Origin: Lama guanicoe
Lineage: Eukaryota
Assembly: GCA_013239625.1 (NCBI GenBank)
Contig: MU053911.1
Coordinates: 122,697 to 183,696 of the forward strand
Direction of reading: 5' to 3'
Length of the DNA stretch: 61,000 nucleotides
The position numbers and the translations under genes are program-made. Below are positions 50,301 through 60,136 of the stretch, piece by piece (within the stretch, counting starts at the first letter, position 1; every line of letters begins with the position of its first letter). Under the pieces are notes generated by a model. It made no database searches. It saw only the letters and a program-made list of their open reading frames with translations, and was not told the DNA's origin.

Positions 50301-53300
50301 ACGTGCTGAGAGCTGCCCGGAGCCACTGGCGCAGCTGGGCCGGCAGTGTCTGCAGTGACTCGTGTGCGCAGCGACACGGCTGAGTGGTGTTTCACTTTGT
50401 ACAGCTTCCCTTTCCTTCTTGCTCGAAAGGCAGCATGCTGGATACTCTCTTCAGGTGTTTCCCCACTAGGCATCATTCCTGAGAAACGTTTCCAGGTCAG
50501 CTTGTTGGGGTCCTTTTCGCTCCTGTTAGACGTGTATGTGCAGCTGCTTGTACCGCATTACGTCCCGTGTCTGTGTTATCACGGCTTCCGTACGGTACTC
50601 AGTCTCAGTCTCCTGTGCTTGGGTGTTCAAGTCATTCTGAGTGTCCTGCCGTTACAGGTGTGCCGTCATGAAGAAGCTTGTGCACATGTGCTTTCATTGC
50701 TTGGAATATATAGTAACTAAGAATATTAAAAAACTAAGAAAATCAGGACCAATATAAAACATATTTAAAGTCGAGGAATATTAATGATTTGATAAAACAC
50801 CTTACACACACACAGCCATCTAAACTTTTCTCACAGTTTTCATGTCAGATCTCCCATTATGGTAATTTAATTACAACTTTATAAAAATGAGAGAAAGTGT
50901 GGCTGTTCACTGGTAATAAATTGAAATATGGAGATTTCACCGTAGATCTCCTTTTTATTTTGGGGACTGAGTTCTTCTCTTCATGTAGCCTGGGATGGAG
51001 GACCAGACGGAAACCCTGAGCTTGAGCCGTGGGACTCAGTGTCACAGCCAGAAATTCCAGTGAAGAGCGCGCGCTCACAGAGGGGAACAGCTTCCAGTCA
51101 CAGAAAGCATTCAGTTATTTTACAGTAACCCCGCTGGAAGATTTTTGCATCTGGGTTCACACATAGGTGTTTGGGGAAACGCTTATAGACGTTTAGGCTC
51201 TGACTAAAGCGTGAGTGCCACCGCTGTTCCGAGGTCTGTAACGCAGGCGCCGGATGAGGCACGGGAGGCCTGGTCGAGGGCCTTCCGGGGGTCCTCTTGG
51301 ATGTGTCCTTGCTGAGAGGACAGCAAGGGCACCACACAGGAAAGTGGAAATGCAGGTAGTTGAAGAACTCTTCACTGTCTTTTTGTTTGTTGCGGTTGAA
51401 TGGCCAAAGCGTGGCCGTCTCCTCCCCTGGAGTGAGGTGTCACGCCCCGTAGAGACCATGGCCCGGAATTTCACTAGGGTGCCAGGCAGCGGGGCCCTGT
51501 CTGTGCTGACGGCCCGGCCAGGAGCTGTGGGCGGTCGGCAGGGCGTCTGCTCCTTCTTGGTTGGTGGCCACCTCAGGTTTACTTGGGCAGCGGGCAGCAC
51601 GCCCTCTCGGAGCAGGCCCCTCAGAGGTCATGACTATGCGTTAACTGAGTCTCTGCACTGATGGCAGACGCCTGAGCGGCCTGTAGCCACGTGGAAGACC
51701 AACGTGGGCTGCTGCAGCTGACTCCATGTGAGTTAAGCTGCCCTTATCATTTGTGTGCAGAGGGATGCAGCAAAGGGCATTTGACTGGTCGGCTGCTGGA
51801 CGTCGAGTCCTTCTGTTAGGAAGACAGCCTGTGTGACAGCTGCAGTATCAGGTCCCATCAGGACTCGGGGCTGCACTGCAGACCTGGCCTGCCAGAACCG
51901 TCCACCGAATCACCTGCACCCGAGGCTGTGTGCGAAGGTCAAGTTCGTTATTAGAGTTTTCTCTTCGTTGAGCTCAGCAATGACAGCAGTTATATCTTTT
52001 TGTTCCAGGAATGTGTTTTGGGGGAGACAGGTGCTGGGCACTGTCCAGTGTGGAGGTTTACAGTCTTCCACGTGCCCCACGAGCAGTTCCCCCAGGGCTT
52101 AGAGCTGAATACATCTGCACCAATCCGCACTCAGTAGTGAGGGCTATAAATACGGAGTCTTGTGATTGAGAGGATGTACTCAGAGTAGTGTTTAACTACC
52201 GGTTGTCTCGGTGACGGCCTCAGATGGAAAAGCAGGGAGCGTTACCTCTTTCCGCCAGTACGTGGGCTCAGATGTTATGGGGGTCAGTCACCTGTGCAGT
52301 GATGTCCTAAAAGGCCCTAGAAATGCAGTACTCCCCCACCCCGCTTTGAATTCTGACCTTGGCGTGTGTTCTCAGACCACCACTGCTGACGTAGGAATCT
52401 TGACCTGGCACCTATTTTTTTTTTTTTTGGAGCTGAGAAGTCTGGGTGGAAGGAGTGAAGGGTTCTCTGAGTCATTCCAGCGGCACTTGGAGGAGCAGAG
52501 GGAGGAGCATTAGTATCAGTCACAGGGGCGTCACAGTTTGGCTGTTAGCTGGGGACGTGTGCTGGGGTCCACGGCCAGTGCCTGGCCTGGAGGTCTTCAG
52601 TGGGAAGTCCAGCAGCGTTCTCCTGAGAGTCCACTGTTGAGTAACCAGACCTAGAGACTTGGAGGGGTGGCTCTTTAACCAGATCATCCTGGAGTGGGAG
52701 CCCTTTACCATCTTCAGGTCTGCTCAGTGGTCAGACAGTACTGTCTTGTACTGCTGCTTTTTCCATGCCTGGAAATCTGCCAGTTAAGATCCGGACGGTG
52801 CCGTGAGCCAGCTGACGCCGCTCTGTAAGTAGGTTTAACGGGGCTGGGGAATCAGCACGGTTGGCCTGGATGAGACTGGAAATCTAAGTCTGGTTAAGGT
52901 CTGTACTATTCCTGTGATCCCTCCGTGTGCCACTTGAGAAACCAGTCTGGTGCTGCACGGAGACTTCAGAGCCTCCTCATGTGGTGATCCAGATGTGCTT
53001 TCAGGGGCAGGGACCTCACAGTGGGTGGGCTACCCTGTTGGCGCCAAAGTAGTACCCAACGAAGGAGTGAGGAAGGTCTCAGATGTGCGAGTCTCTCGTC
53101 TTCCTTTTCCTCTGCCCCCTGGGGCAGTATGGGGCTGTCAGGTTCTGCAGTGGGGTCCTGCAGTGACAAACCCTACGCTAAGTTGAGCAAGATCACCCCC
53201 TTTTTCATGCTACCTGAGTTGCTAAGCAAAGCAATCCTCAGGACTCCACGTGCTTTCTCATTTAAGTGTGAGTCTCAGTAACTCCCTGCATCAAAGGCTG

Positions 53301-56300
53301 TCCCTTAGTCCCAGGGGTGTGCTACAGCTAACAGCAGGCACTGGTGCAAGTCAGCATGCAGGGTCTGCAACGTTTTTGGACCCATCAGTAGCTATACAAC
53401 TGCTTCCCTAGTTTTCTCACAGACCATCTGTTGAGTCTTCCATTTGACTTACTGAGCATCTTGGTTGGTGAATCAGGCTAAAGAGAAAGACAGTTGTTTT
53501 CCTTCAGAACTGAAAAGCTTATGGAAGCAACCCATTGACAGATGATTGGATTAAGAAGATTTTATACACACACACACTGTAGAATATTACTCAGCCATAA
53601 AAAAGAATGAAATACTGCCATTTGCAGCAATGTGGGTGGACCTAGAGGATATTATATAGTGAAGTAAGTCAGACAGAGAAAGACAAATACTGTATGATAT
53701 CACTTATGTGGAATCTAAAAAATGATACAAATGAATATATATACACACAAAACAAACAGACTCACAGATACCGAAAACACACTTGTTATCAAAAGGGAAA
53801 CAGAAGAGGACAAAGACAAATTAGGAATATGAGATTGACAGATATAAACTGCTATGTGTAAAATAGATAAGTAACAAGGATATACTGTATGGCATGGAAA
53901 TATACCCATTCTTTTGTAATAATGTGCCATGGAATATAATCTGCAAAATACTGAATCGCCATGCTGTATACTTGAAACTGACACAGTATTGTGAATCAGA
54001 TACATTTCAATTAAAAAAAGCGCGTGTGAACAATGCGGTGGCTCTCTCCAGAGCCCCTCTAGTACTTCACGGGACTCGTTTACCTCACAGGCAAAGTGCC
54101 CTGTCGGTGTCCTGCAAGTCACCTGGTGGTGCCTCCCTGCCCACCAGTCCTGCCTCCTCCTAGCACCTCTCAGAAGAGCATTGTGCTTCACGGACCAGCC
54201 TTCTTTTTGTACTAATTTGCAAGGGAGACAGAGAGAGAGAGAGAGACAAGTTTCTTGAGTTGGTCTATTCAGGTAACAAGCCAAACAATTGCACAAAGCA
54301 ACAATTAACCCTTATTTACCTATTGGTTTTTATTTTTAGTTCTATGAGTTTGTGTTAGCGTAAAGAGAAAAGTGGCACCTGTGCATGCATATTAGACGCC
54401 TGGAGATGTCAGTGTCACAGCCTCTCTTGACCCACGTGCCCCCAGAGCACAGGCGGTGGTCCCGACGGGGGCGCCGGCTTCACGGCTGCTCTGTTCCAGC
54501 CCTTGGAGAAGCACTCGCCAAGGGCTGGACCCAGCAGTGCAGACAGAGCTGAGGGACGGCCTCACAGCAGAAGGGACCCCGACAGAGGCTCTTGTCACGT
54601 TTAGGGACCCTACGCCGGGGGAGCTGGATTCTGAGTGTCATCAGCACATCTGCTCATTTGCTCAGTCCTGTAATGCTTCTCAGACGGTTTCAGAATTGCT
54701 CAGCACACACCACTAGAAAAACCAACCAGGGTTTAAAGGATGTCATGATTTGTCTGCGGTCTGCCTCCCTACGCGCCCGACCCTCCTGTCCGAGAGACGG
54801 CTTGTGTTAAATGTTGCATGGATGGGTCACTGCTTTTATTTTCCCTTCAGCAGTTTCGTTTCATTTGCTTTCTTGTTTTCATCCCGTCTTCTTAGCCTTC
54901 TTGATTTAGGTTTATTTTGAAATACATAGAAATGAACCGAAAAGCTGTGCTTAGAGGGCTGCCGCCCCTCCCTTGGTCCTCCCTCTAATTCTGGGGGTCA
55001 CCAGGCATGCTGTTCTGTGACAGCTTTCCTGTGTCTCCTCTGTTTTTTCTGTTTTTCTCATTTCTTTTTTTTTCTTACCCAGAGAATACAAGTTTGCCCC
55101 TTTTCAATTTTCATTTTTTAACTTCCTGTTATTTCTAGAAATTCCTCCAAGTCAGTTTATGGAGATCTGTTTCATTGGGGTTATAGCCCTGTGTACAGCT
55201 ATTTGTTCCACATTATTTACTGTACTTTGTATTATACCACAGTGCATAATATATACCTGATTTATTTAACTAATCTCTGCTTGAAAATTTATAGGTTTTG
55301 AATATTTTACAATTGCAAATATGTTATAATGAGTAACTCTGTACATAATCATTTTTATTTTTAGTTCTATGAATATGTATTAGCCTAAAGTATAAACAAC
55401 CTAAGAAAATTAGACTGTATATATATTTATATATGTTTATATATATGTAAGACACCTAGAAATATTAGTGATACTTTCAACATAAACGCATTAAAAATGC
55501 TCTCACAATTTGTATGTCACATCTGACATTATGGTAATTTACTTATAACTTCATCAGAGTGAGAGAAAAATTTTGCTGTATGTTATCAATTTAAAATTCA
55601 AAGATTTCACAGTAAATCTGTTTTTCTGTTAAGCAACTAAACACATCTCTTTATGTAGCTCGTGACGACGTTCCAGACAGAAACCCTGTGCTTACGCCTC
55701 AGGACTCAGTGTTAAAGCTCCAAATGCAGGTACAGAAGCAAGTAACGTCTGGAAGGGGAAGACCTGATAGTAAGTATAACAATTAGAGGTGACTTAACAT
55801 TTAAAAAAATTAATCAGATCTTTTTTCTTTAGTTCATGAATATGTATTTGACCATATAATTTATAGAAATTTTCCATTTTGATAGAAATGTGAATACCAT
55901 AAGACAACTAGAGAACAAAAAGCATGTAACATTTGGTTGGAGGCTATTTGCTGACATGACTTCTGCGCTCAGTGTCCACCAAGGCTCGGTAACCAGTCAC
56001 GGGTCCCCCAGGAGGTGTTTGCATCCAGTCCTCTGGGAGATCATGGGTCTCAAAGCCCAGCTGGCGCCTGGCTCGTGAGGCAGTTTTCTTTCACCCCAGG
56101 CTCCAGTTGGCAGAGAGACGGCTGAGACCGTCGACTTAAAAGGCAGTGGATTCAAGGGGGTGAGGAAAGGGTTGCCTGTGTAGCCAGTTGGAAGGTCTCC
56201 AGGGCATCCTGGTGTCTTTTCGGTACTTGATTGACGGGTGCTGTCATCAGGGTGGCCATGCAGGGATCCATGAGGACGGGTAGCTGAACAGCCGCATCAA

Positions 56301-59300
56301 CTGCTGGGCATCCTTCATACTTGCTGGGGCTGAGAGCTTGAGCATGATAAAAACTTGGCAAATTGTTGCCTCTGGAGAGGGATATACTGCCCCTTCAAAG
56401 TTTATTCCCAGGAACTTCACGTGGGTCATAGGTGCTTGTGCCTTGTCCGTATTAATGTCCTGATGTGTTGCTACGTGTGGGTCGGAAGGGCGTCCAGCCT
56501 GGTTGGGCAGTACCCTTGTCTGGACCCACCAGGAGGGTGTTACCAGTGTTGTGGGAGGCTGGCGCCCTGTCTGGGAGTGGGACTCCTTCCTGCTTGTGGC
56601 CTCGTGGAAGGACATTATAGGTGCATAGCAGCCCATTAAGCACGAAGCTTGCTGACCGTGATCATTATGTGGACGGGGTGCTGCAGAGGGCATCTGTGAT
56701 GTGAATGGCTTCACACCTGCTTCCCCGAGCTCGGGCAGTAGCCTCCGTGGCCGTCAACAGCGGCAGGCAGTGCCTGCCCCGCGTCAAGGGCCGTGCTGCA
56801 CTGATGAGCCATGGATGCCTGACTGAGTTTCCAGGGGCCTGAGGCCTTGGGCGAAGGTCAGATGTGAACCTCGGCTTCCTTAAGCACAGCAGTGAGGGCA
56901 GCTTTTTTTTTTTTTTCAATTCCTGAGATAGCTGGTGCTGTTTTGAGAGACAGAGCGCTAGCACCAGCAGTGTGGTAGGTCTCCAGGCGTCCATATGCCC
57001 CACAGAGACGGTCCCGCCTGCAGCAGCTTCCTTCAGGGCTTGGAGTGCCTGCAGTCAGGGGTGCACACGACAGGGCACCGGCCACAGCAGTCCCTGCAGT
57101 GGGGGGCGCCCCTGCAGGAGTGGGGGGCTGCAGCTGCAGTCAGGTCCGGGTATGGGGCTTGGTGGTGGTGTCTTCAGACAGGAAGTCAGAGAGTTTTGTT
57201 AATTTCCCCCTCATTCACATGCAAGGGGGCTTGGGGGTCACAGGCCCCTGTACACCATTGTCCAAAAGGCCCAAGAAATGCAGTCCCCACCCCCACGTCT
57301 GCTTTGAAATGTGACCCTCGGCATAGGGCCTCCATTCCTCACTGTGGATGAAAGGACACTGGACGTTTCATCGTCTCATTTTCTTTAAGCCAGAAAGGCT
57401 GGGTAAAACTTGGCGGGGGGCTCTCTGACCCCGCCGGAGCTTACAGGGCGAAGGAGAAGAAACCGCCCTTGCGTTAGTCGTAGGGGTCCCTGCCGGGTGG
57501 CCCCGGAGCAGCTGCCACTTGGCCCCTAATGGCACCCTGCGTGGCCGTGAGCTCCCAGGTGCAGAGCCCAGTCGCCTCTCCTTTTGAGCTCCCATTGTGT
57601 GAAAACCAGACCCGGAGGTATATTTGGGAAAGCCCTTACCTGGATCCCCCGGGAGTGTGTGCTCATAGCATGGTGATTTTCATGTCACTCTCTGTGACAT
57701 TCCTTCTCCGCTGTTTTGGCAGGAGTCACTTTTTTCCTGCCCAGGGATTTGTCGGTGACAGTCTGGATTATGTCACTGACGAATGGACAGGCTTAGAAGG
57801 AGGTTTATTGAGCTTGATAACCAGCAGGGGGCGCACTGGTGAGCTAGAGTCTCGTTAACAGCCTTCCCGTCCACAACTGTCACTAAGGCCCAGCAGTGTG
57901 GCTCACAGTGTGCTGTCACCTCTGGAAGCTCAGTCCAGACACTCGTCTTAGTCCTAGGGAGCCCATCGTGGTGGGGGGGGGCCAGAGCTGTCAGAGCCCA
58001 GGTGGTTCCCAGCTGGGGAAGAGGGGCTTGTCTGCTCACCGCAGCCTCCTTGAGCTGACTTTCTGCTGTCAGGACACTCTTAAGGAGGGAGGGACTTTAT
58101 AGTGACACAGCCCACAAGTTACACTGTCTCTCACTACCTGTAAGATTACCTCCTTGAAATCAGTGCCTTCTGTACTTTGCTTGCTTGCAAACCTTATGAA
58201 TTAAACAAATTATCAGACTAGAATTAGAAAGTACACAAAAGGAAGAAAAGGAAAGAAGATCACCTCCCTCACCATGCAATCCGACCAGGTCTCTGAGGCC
58301 TCTTTACACCCCTGGGCCTGTGACCCAGGGTCCTGTCCTCACTGCGCTAAGTCATGAGTGTCAGCAGCGTGCTGTGCTGTGGCCTGCCTGTCGTCGTCCG
58401 GGGCCTCTTTAACATGCAGCAGTTGCTGGGTGCGCTTAGCTTGCAGAGTACGCGGCAGGTTTTGTCCCGTCATCAGAGGACAGTAGCAATAGCCAAGGAA
58501 TCGCTTCCCTAGAGTTCCCAGAGCCCCTCTGTTGCATCTCTGATTGGACCCCCCGGGCATGTGGGCAGGGAGTCTGGGGCTGAAGAGAAGGACCACTGGT
58601 CCCCTGCCACCCAGAAGCTTCCATAAGCAGCCGGCTAGCGCTCCCCAGAGGGCCGCACGGCATCCCTGACTCAGCGCTTCTGAGCCTCGCTGGTGTGGCT
58701 GGCCAGGCGTGCTGCTGCACCCTCAGACTCTTGCAGTTGACCAGCTAGTGCTCCCCAAGAAGCCAGTAGACTTCCCTAGCATCTCCCCAAAGTGCCCTGG
58801 GGGATCTCCATGCTTTTTGCTTTTCCAGAAAGACATTGTGCTGAATTGGGCCACCCCGCCTGCCGCCATCTGTCAGTGAGAAGGAGCTGCCAGTTGTGCA
58901 GGTGGTCTGTAAAGACACCGAACAGAACTGACAGTAGCAGTTAAGCCTTTATTCAGCCACTGCAGTAATATAAGTGGGAGTCTAAACAGAAAAGGGCACC
59001 AGCTCCACCAGTGCTCCAGCCAGTCTGTCATCTTTGCATGAAATGATGGCGTGCAGGCGCCCAGTGTATGAGTGCGGATGGGAAGCGAGTGTCTCGCTCT
59101 GTGTACAGATGCTTACGTCTGACGTAAATACCCTTGCCTCCCATTGCAGCAGTACTTAGTTGTACCGGCGCATAGCTGTGGTGTGTGTGTATCCAGCTTA
59201 TTCCCCCAGTCTCCTGTGCTTGAACACTTGGATGGTTGTGAAGTGTGTTGCAGTTAGAATGACCTTGTGTGCGGCATTTAAATTGCTTGTTCTGTTATTA

Positions 59301-60136
59301 TGTATCAACCTGACATAAACAGCCCGTGAAAGCTGAAGACCAGTATACAATGCATTTGCTGTTTAGGGTTATTTATGAAATAATGAGACTGCTTCAACAT
59401 CATCCATTTTTGTCACAGATCTAGTATTATAATAATTTATTTTATAAAAATGAGAGAAAACGCTGTTGAATACTTGTTATAAATTTGAAATCTAGAGATT
59501 TCACAATAGATGTGTCTCTCCGTTTAGCGGACTAACTGCACCTCTTTATAAAGGTTACTACGGAGCACCAGATAAAGACCTTACGTTTGAGAATCAGGAT
59601 TCAGTTTCAAAACCCCAAGTGCAAGTAAAGAAACAAATAACTTCCAAAGGGGAAAGACGCCACAGTAAGTACGATAATTAAAGGAAATTTCACATTTTTA
59701 AATGAAACTCATCAGAACATTTTTTTCCCCTTTGGTTCATGAATATGTATTTGAGCACATATTTTATAGAAATAAAAATAAATGACCTAAGGTGTGAATA
59801 CCCTGAGATAATTAGAGAACCGAAGTAAACGCAATGATCCCGTTTGGTGGGCATTGGCATAGTCAGTAATTACTAAGTAACAAGACACACACTTGTGAAA
59901 ACTCTTCACCTGATTTTTCTCACGTTACCTACCTGGAAAGAAAAACTGATGATTATTTGGCATATCCAGATGTTCCATTACACATGTATTTTTTTTCTAC
60001 TTAGCATTTCCTCTTGAAAACCAGAAAAACAACACGACAACACTTGGAAATCTCCCTCCTGAGAGGGAAGATTTATTTTCGAGAAACCAGTCTCAGGCTA
60101 CGAAACTTGGAGCTACCAGAAAGGAGGATCTGGATA
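20116..60136 (+). CDS. CCDC7: Internal multi-exon portion of coiled-coil domain-containing protein 7 (long isoform, C10orf68 region); 12 exons in this window, gene extends beyond both ends
   Basis: AG/GT-bounded exons with mutually compatible phases (2-0, 0-1, then ten 1-1). Translations match, in colinear order, my recollection of human CCDC7: [10 protein letters not shown]~[26 protein letters not shown]~[34 protein letters not shown]~[26 protein letters not shown]~TFPLEIKK. Identity is from memory, not a search. Confidence 0.9.
21231..21303 (+). CDS. CCDC7: CCDC7 exon (73 nt, phase 0 to 1): [24 protein letters not shown]
   Basis: ttttaacttttgttcttaAG| acceptor, G|GTaaga donor; open frame; phases fit both neighbours. 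Confidence 0.9.
21640..26230 (-). mobile_element. Cluster of nested older L1 (L1M-type) fragments
   Basis: L1MB-like 3' end at ~21975; ORF2 fragments [22 protein letters not shown] and [19 protein letters not shown]. Confidence 0.85.
26308..26348. repeat. (CA)n microsatellite, about 20 units
   Basis: Directly visible. Confidence 0.97.
26862..27210 (+). mobile_element. MER2-like non-autonomous TcMar-Tigger DNA transposon
   Basis: ccctcggtatccacaggggttggttccaggacc...tactttaaatcatctctaga...ggttgaatctgcggatgtggaacctgcagatgcagagg matches recalled MER2 ends and core. Confidence 0.85.
27660..27758 (+). CDS. CCDC7: CCDC7 repeat exon A1 (99 nt, phase 1-1): (A)[32 protein letters not shown]
   Basis: ctctttatgcAG| acceptor, |GTaaga donor, shared upstream flank of the A-exon family. 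Confidence 0.88.
28240..28368 (+). CDS. CCDC7: CCDC7 repeat exon B1 (129 nt, phase 1-1): (G)[42 protein letters not shown]
   Basis: tgtttttctgtttAG| acceptor, |GTaagt donor; resembles recalled human [28 protein letters not shown]. Confidence 0.88.
30585..32900 (-). mobile_element. Old L1 fragments (ORF1-like region ~30590-31100; L1MC-like 3' region from ~31660)
   Basis: tttgacaatttcactatgatatgtttgcgtgtggatctctttgag and agaaataattttaaatttatagaaaagtt are typical antisense L1M segments. Confidence 0.6.
34124..34216 (+). CDS. CCDC7: CCDC7 repeat exon A2 (93 nt, phase 1-1): (S)[30 protein letters not shown]
   Basis: tttctttatgtAG| acceptor, |GTaggt donor; open; 18 nt shorter than the 111-nt copies (in-frame). 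Confidence 0.85.
34234..34395 (-). mobile_element. ~160-bp internal L1 ORF2 fragment inserted just after exon A2
   Basis: tttgcaaatgtctccctctattctgtaggttgtctctttactctc...gctgtgcagaagctgtttagt is antisense L1 ORF2; absent from the other repeat units. Confidence 0.8.
34590..37700 (-). mobile_element. Class III (ERV-L-like) provirus remnant, copy 1 (pol, gag region, LTR ~37130-37700)
   Basis: Shares blocks with other copies (aagggtgtgtgtgcctttcag cf. 48390; gccaattaagataacaaaccaaac cf. 46196). Confidence 0.7.
36851..37054. repeat. GC-rich minisatellite: alternating 34- and 36-bp units forming a 70-bp dimer, about 3 copies
   Basis: ccccagtgacccacctgttccccggcacctcctg starts at 36851, 36921 and 36991, with 36-bp variants between. 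Confidence 0.95.
39002..39112 (+). CDS. CCDC7: CCDC7 repeat exon A3 (111 nt, phase 1-1): (T)[36 protein letters not shown]
   Basis: cttctccttaagtAG| acceptor, |GTaagt donor; open. Confidence 0.85.
39290..43180 (-). mobile_element. Class III provirus remnant, copy 2 (interrupted by L1 at ~41030-41575; LTR from 42566)
   Basis: cagtagcttctgtggcagtcac (~40035) cf. 49110 and 56737; LTR end tgtcagggagagggctgccggttc cf. 58871. Confidence 0.7.
41030..41575 (-). mobile_element. L1 ORF2 3' fragment
   Basis: Minus ORFs [14 protein letters not shown] and [13 protein letters not shown]...[13 protein letters not shown]. Confidence 0.9.
43617..43727 (+). CDS. CCDC7: CCDC7 repeat exon A4 (111 nt, phase 1-1): (T)[36 protein letters not shown]
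   Basis: ctctctttatgtAG| acceptor, |GTaagt donor; close match to the recalled human repeat [20 protein letters not shown]. Confidence 0.9.
43905..46790 (-). mobile_element. Class III provirus remnant, copy 3 (best preserved): pol tether/RNase H region, PBS-Ser, LTR from 46168
   Basis: ORF 43895-44344(-) [54 protein letters not shown]...PEIP aligns with the recalled ERV-L pol motif WSLWQ..QRRPLGFWSK..Y.PFEKQLLACYWALVETE.LT.GH...PELP; PBS at 46147-46164. Confidence 0.85.
48024..48122 (+). CDS. CCDC7: CCDC7 repeat exon A5 (99 nt, phase 1-1): (G)[32 protein letters not shown]
   Basis: tatctcacgtAG| acceptor, |GTaagt donor; open. Confidence 0.85.
48300..50520 (-). mobile_element. Class III provirus remnant, copy 4 (no LTR seen)
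   Basis: ORF 48633-48908(-) [18 protein letters not shown]...[15 protein letters not shown] resembles ERV-L RT (WEINP.KIQGP.TSVKFLG...PPTTKKEAQRLVGL); 48960-49135 is closely similar to 56580-56760. Confidence 0.8.
50989..51096 (+). CDS. CCDC7: CCDC7 repeat exon A6 (108 nt, phase 1-1; weak donor, possibly a decaying pseudo-exon): (P)[35 protein letters not shown]
   Basis: Same upstream flank and ttctcttcatgtAG| acceptor; frame open; donor is |GTcaca instead of GTaagt. Confidence 0.55.
51300..54320 (-). mobile_element. Class III provirus remnant, copy 5 (interrupted by a sense L1; LTR truncated at ~54320)
   Basis: gtcctaaaaggccctagaaatgcagtactcccccaccccgctttgaattctgacct (52304) cf. gtccaaaaggcccaagaaatgcagtccccacccccacgtctgctttgaaatgtgaccct (57260). 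Confidence 0.75.
53530..54019 (+). mobile_element. L1 3'-end fragment in sense orientation with short poly(A)
   Basis: gaatattactcagccataaaaaagaatgaaatactgccatttgcagcaa...catttcaattaaaaaaa. Confidence 0.9.
55659..55769 (+). CDS. CCDC7: CCDC7 repeat exon A7 (111 nt, phase 1-1): (x)[36 protein letters not shown]
   Basis: ctctttatgtAG| acceptor, |GTaagt donor; resembles recalled human [28 protein letters not shown]. Confidence 0.9.
55940..59020 (-). mobile_element. Class III provirus remnant, copy 6 (RT region, LTR from 58871)
   Basis: ORF 56247-56714(-) [23 protein letters not shown]...[21 protein letters not shown] is an ERV-L-type RT C-terminal motif. Confidence 0.85.
59554..59664 (+). CDS. 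CCDC7: CCDC7 repeat exon A8 (111 nt, phase 1-1): (S)[36 protein letters not shown]
   Basis: ctctttataaAG| acceptor, |GTaagt donor; open. Confidence 0.88.
60005..60136 (+). CDS. CCDC7: CCDC7 repeat exon B2 (132 nt, phase 1-1): (T)[43 protein letters not shown]
   Basis: ttttttttctacttAG| acceptor, |GTaagt donor; resembles recalled human [34 protein letters not shown]. Confidence 0.9.

Noticed and set aside
27500..59700. Recurrent conserved flank with variable inserts, superficially like a CRISPR or cassette array
   Set aside because: Eukaryotic DNA, kilobase spacing, inserts are homologous AG/GT-bounded exons; no cas genes
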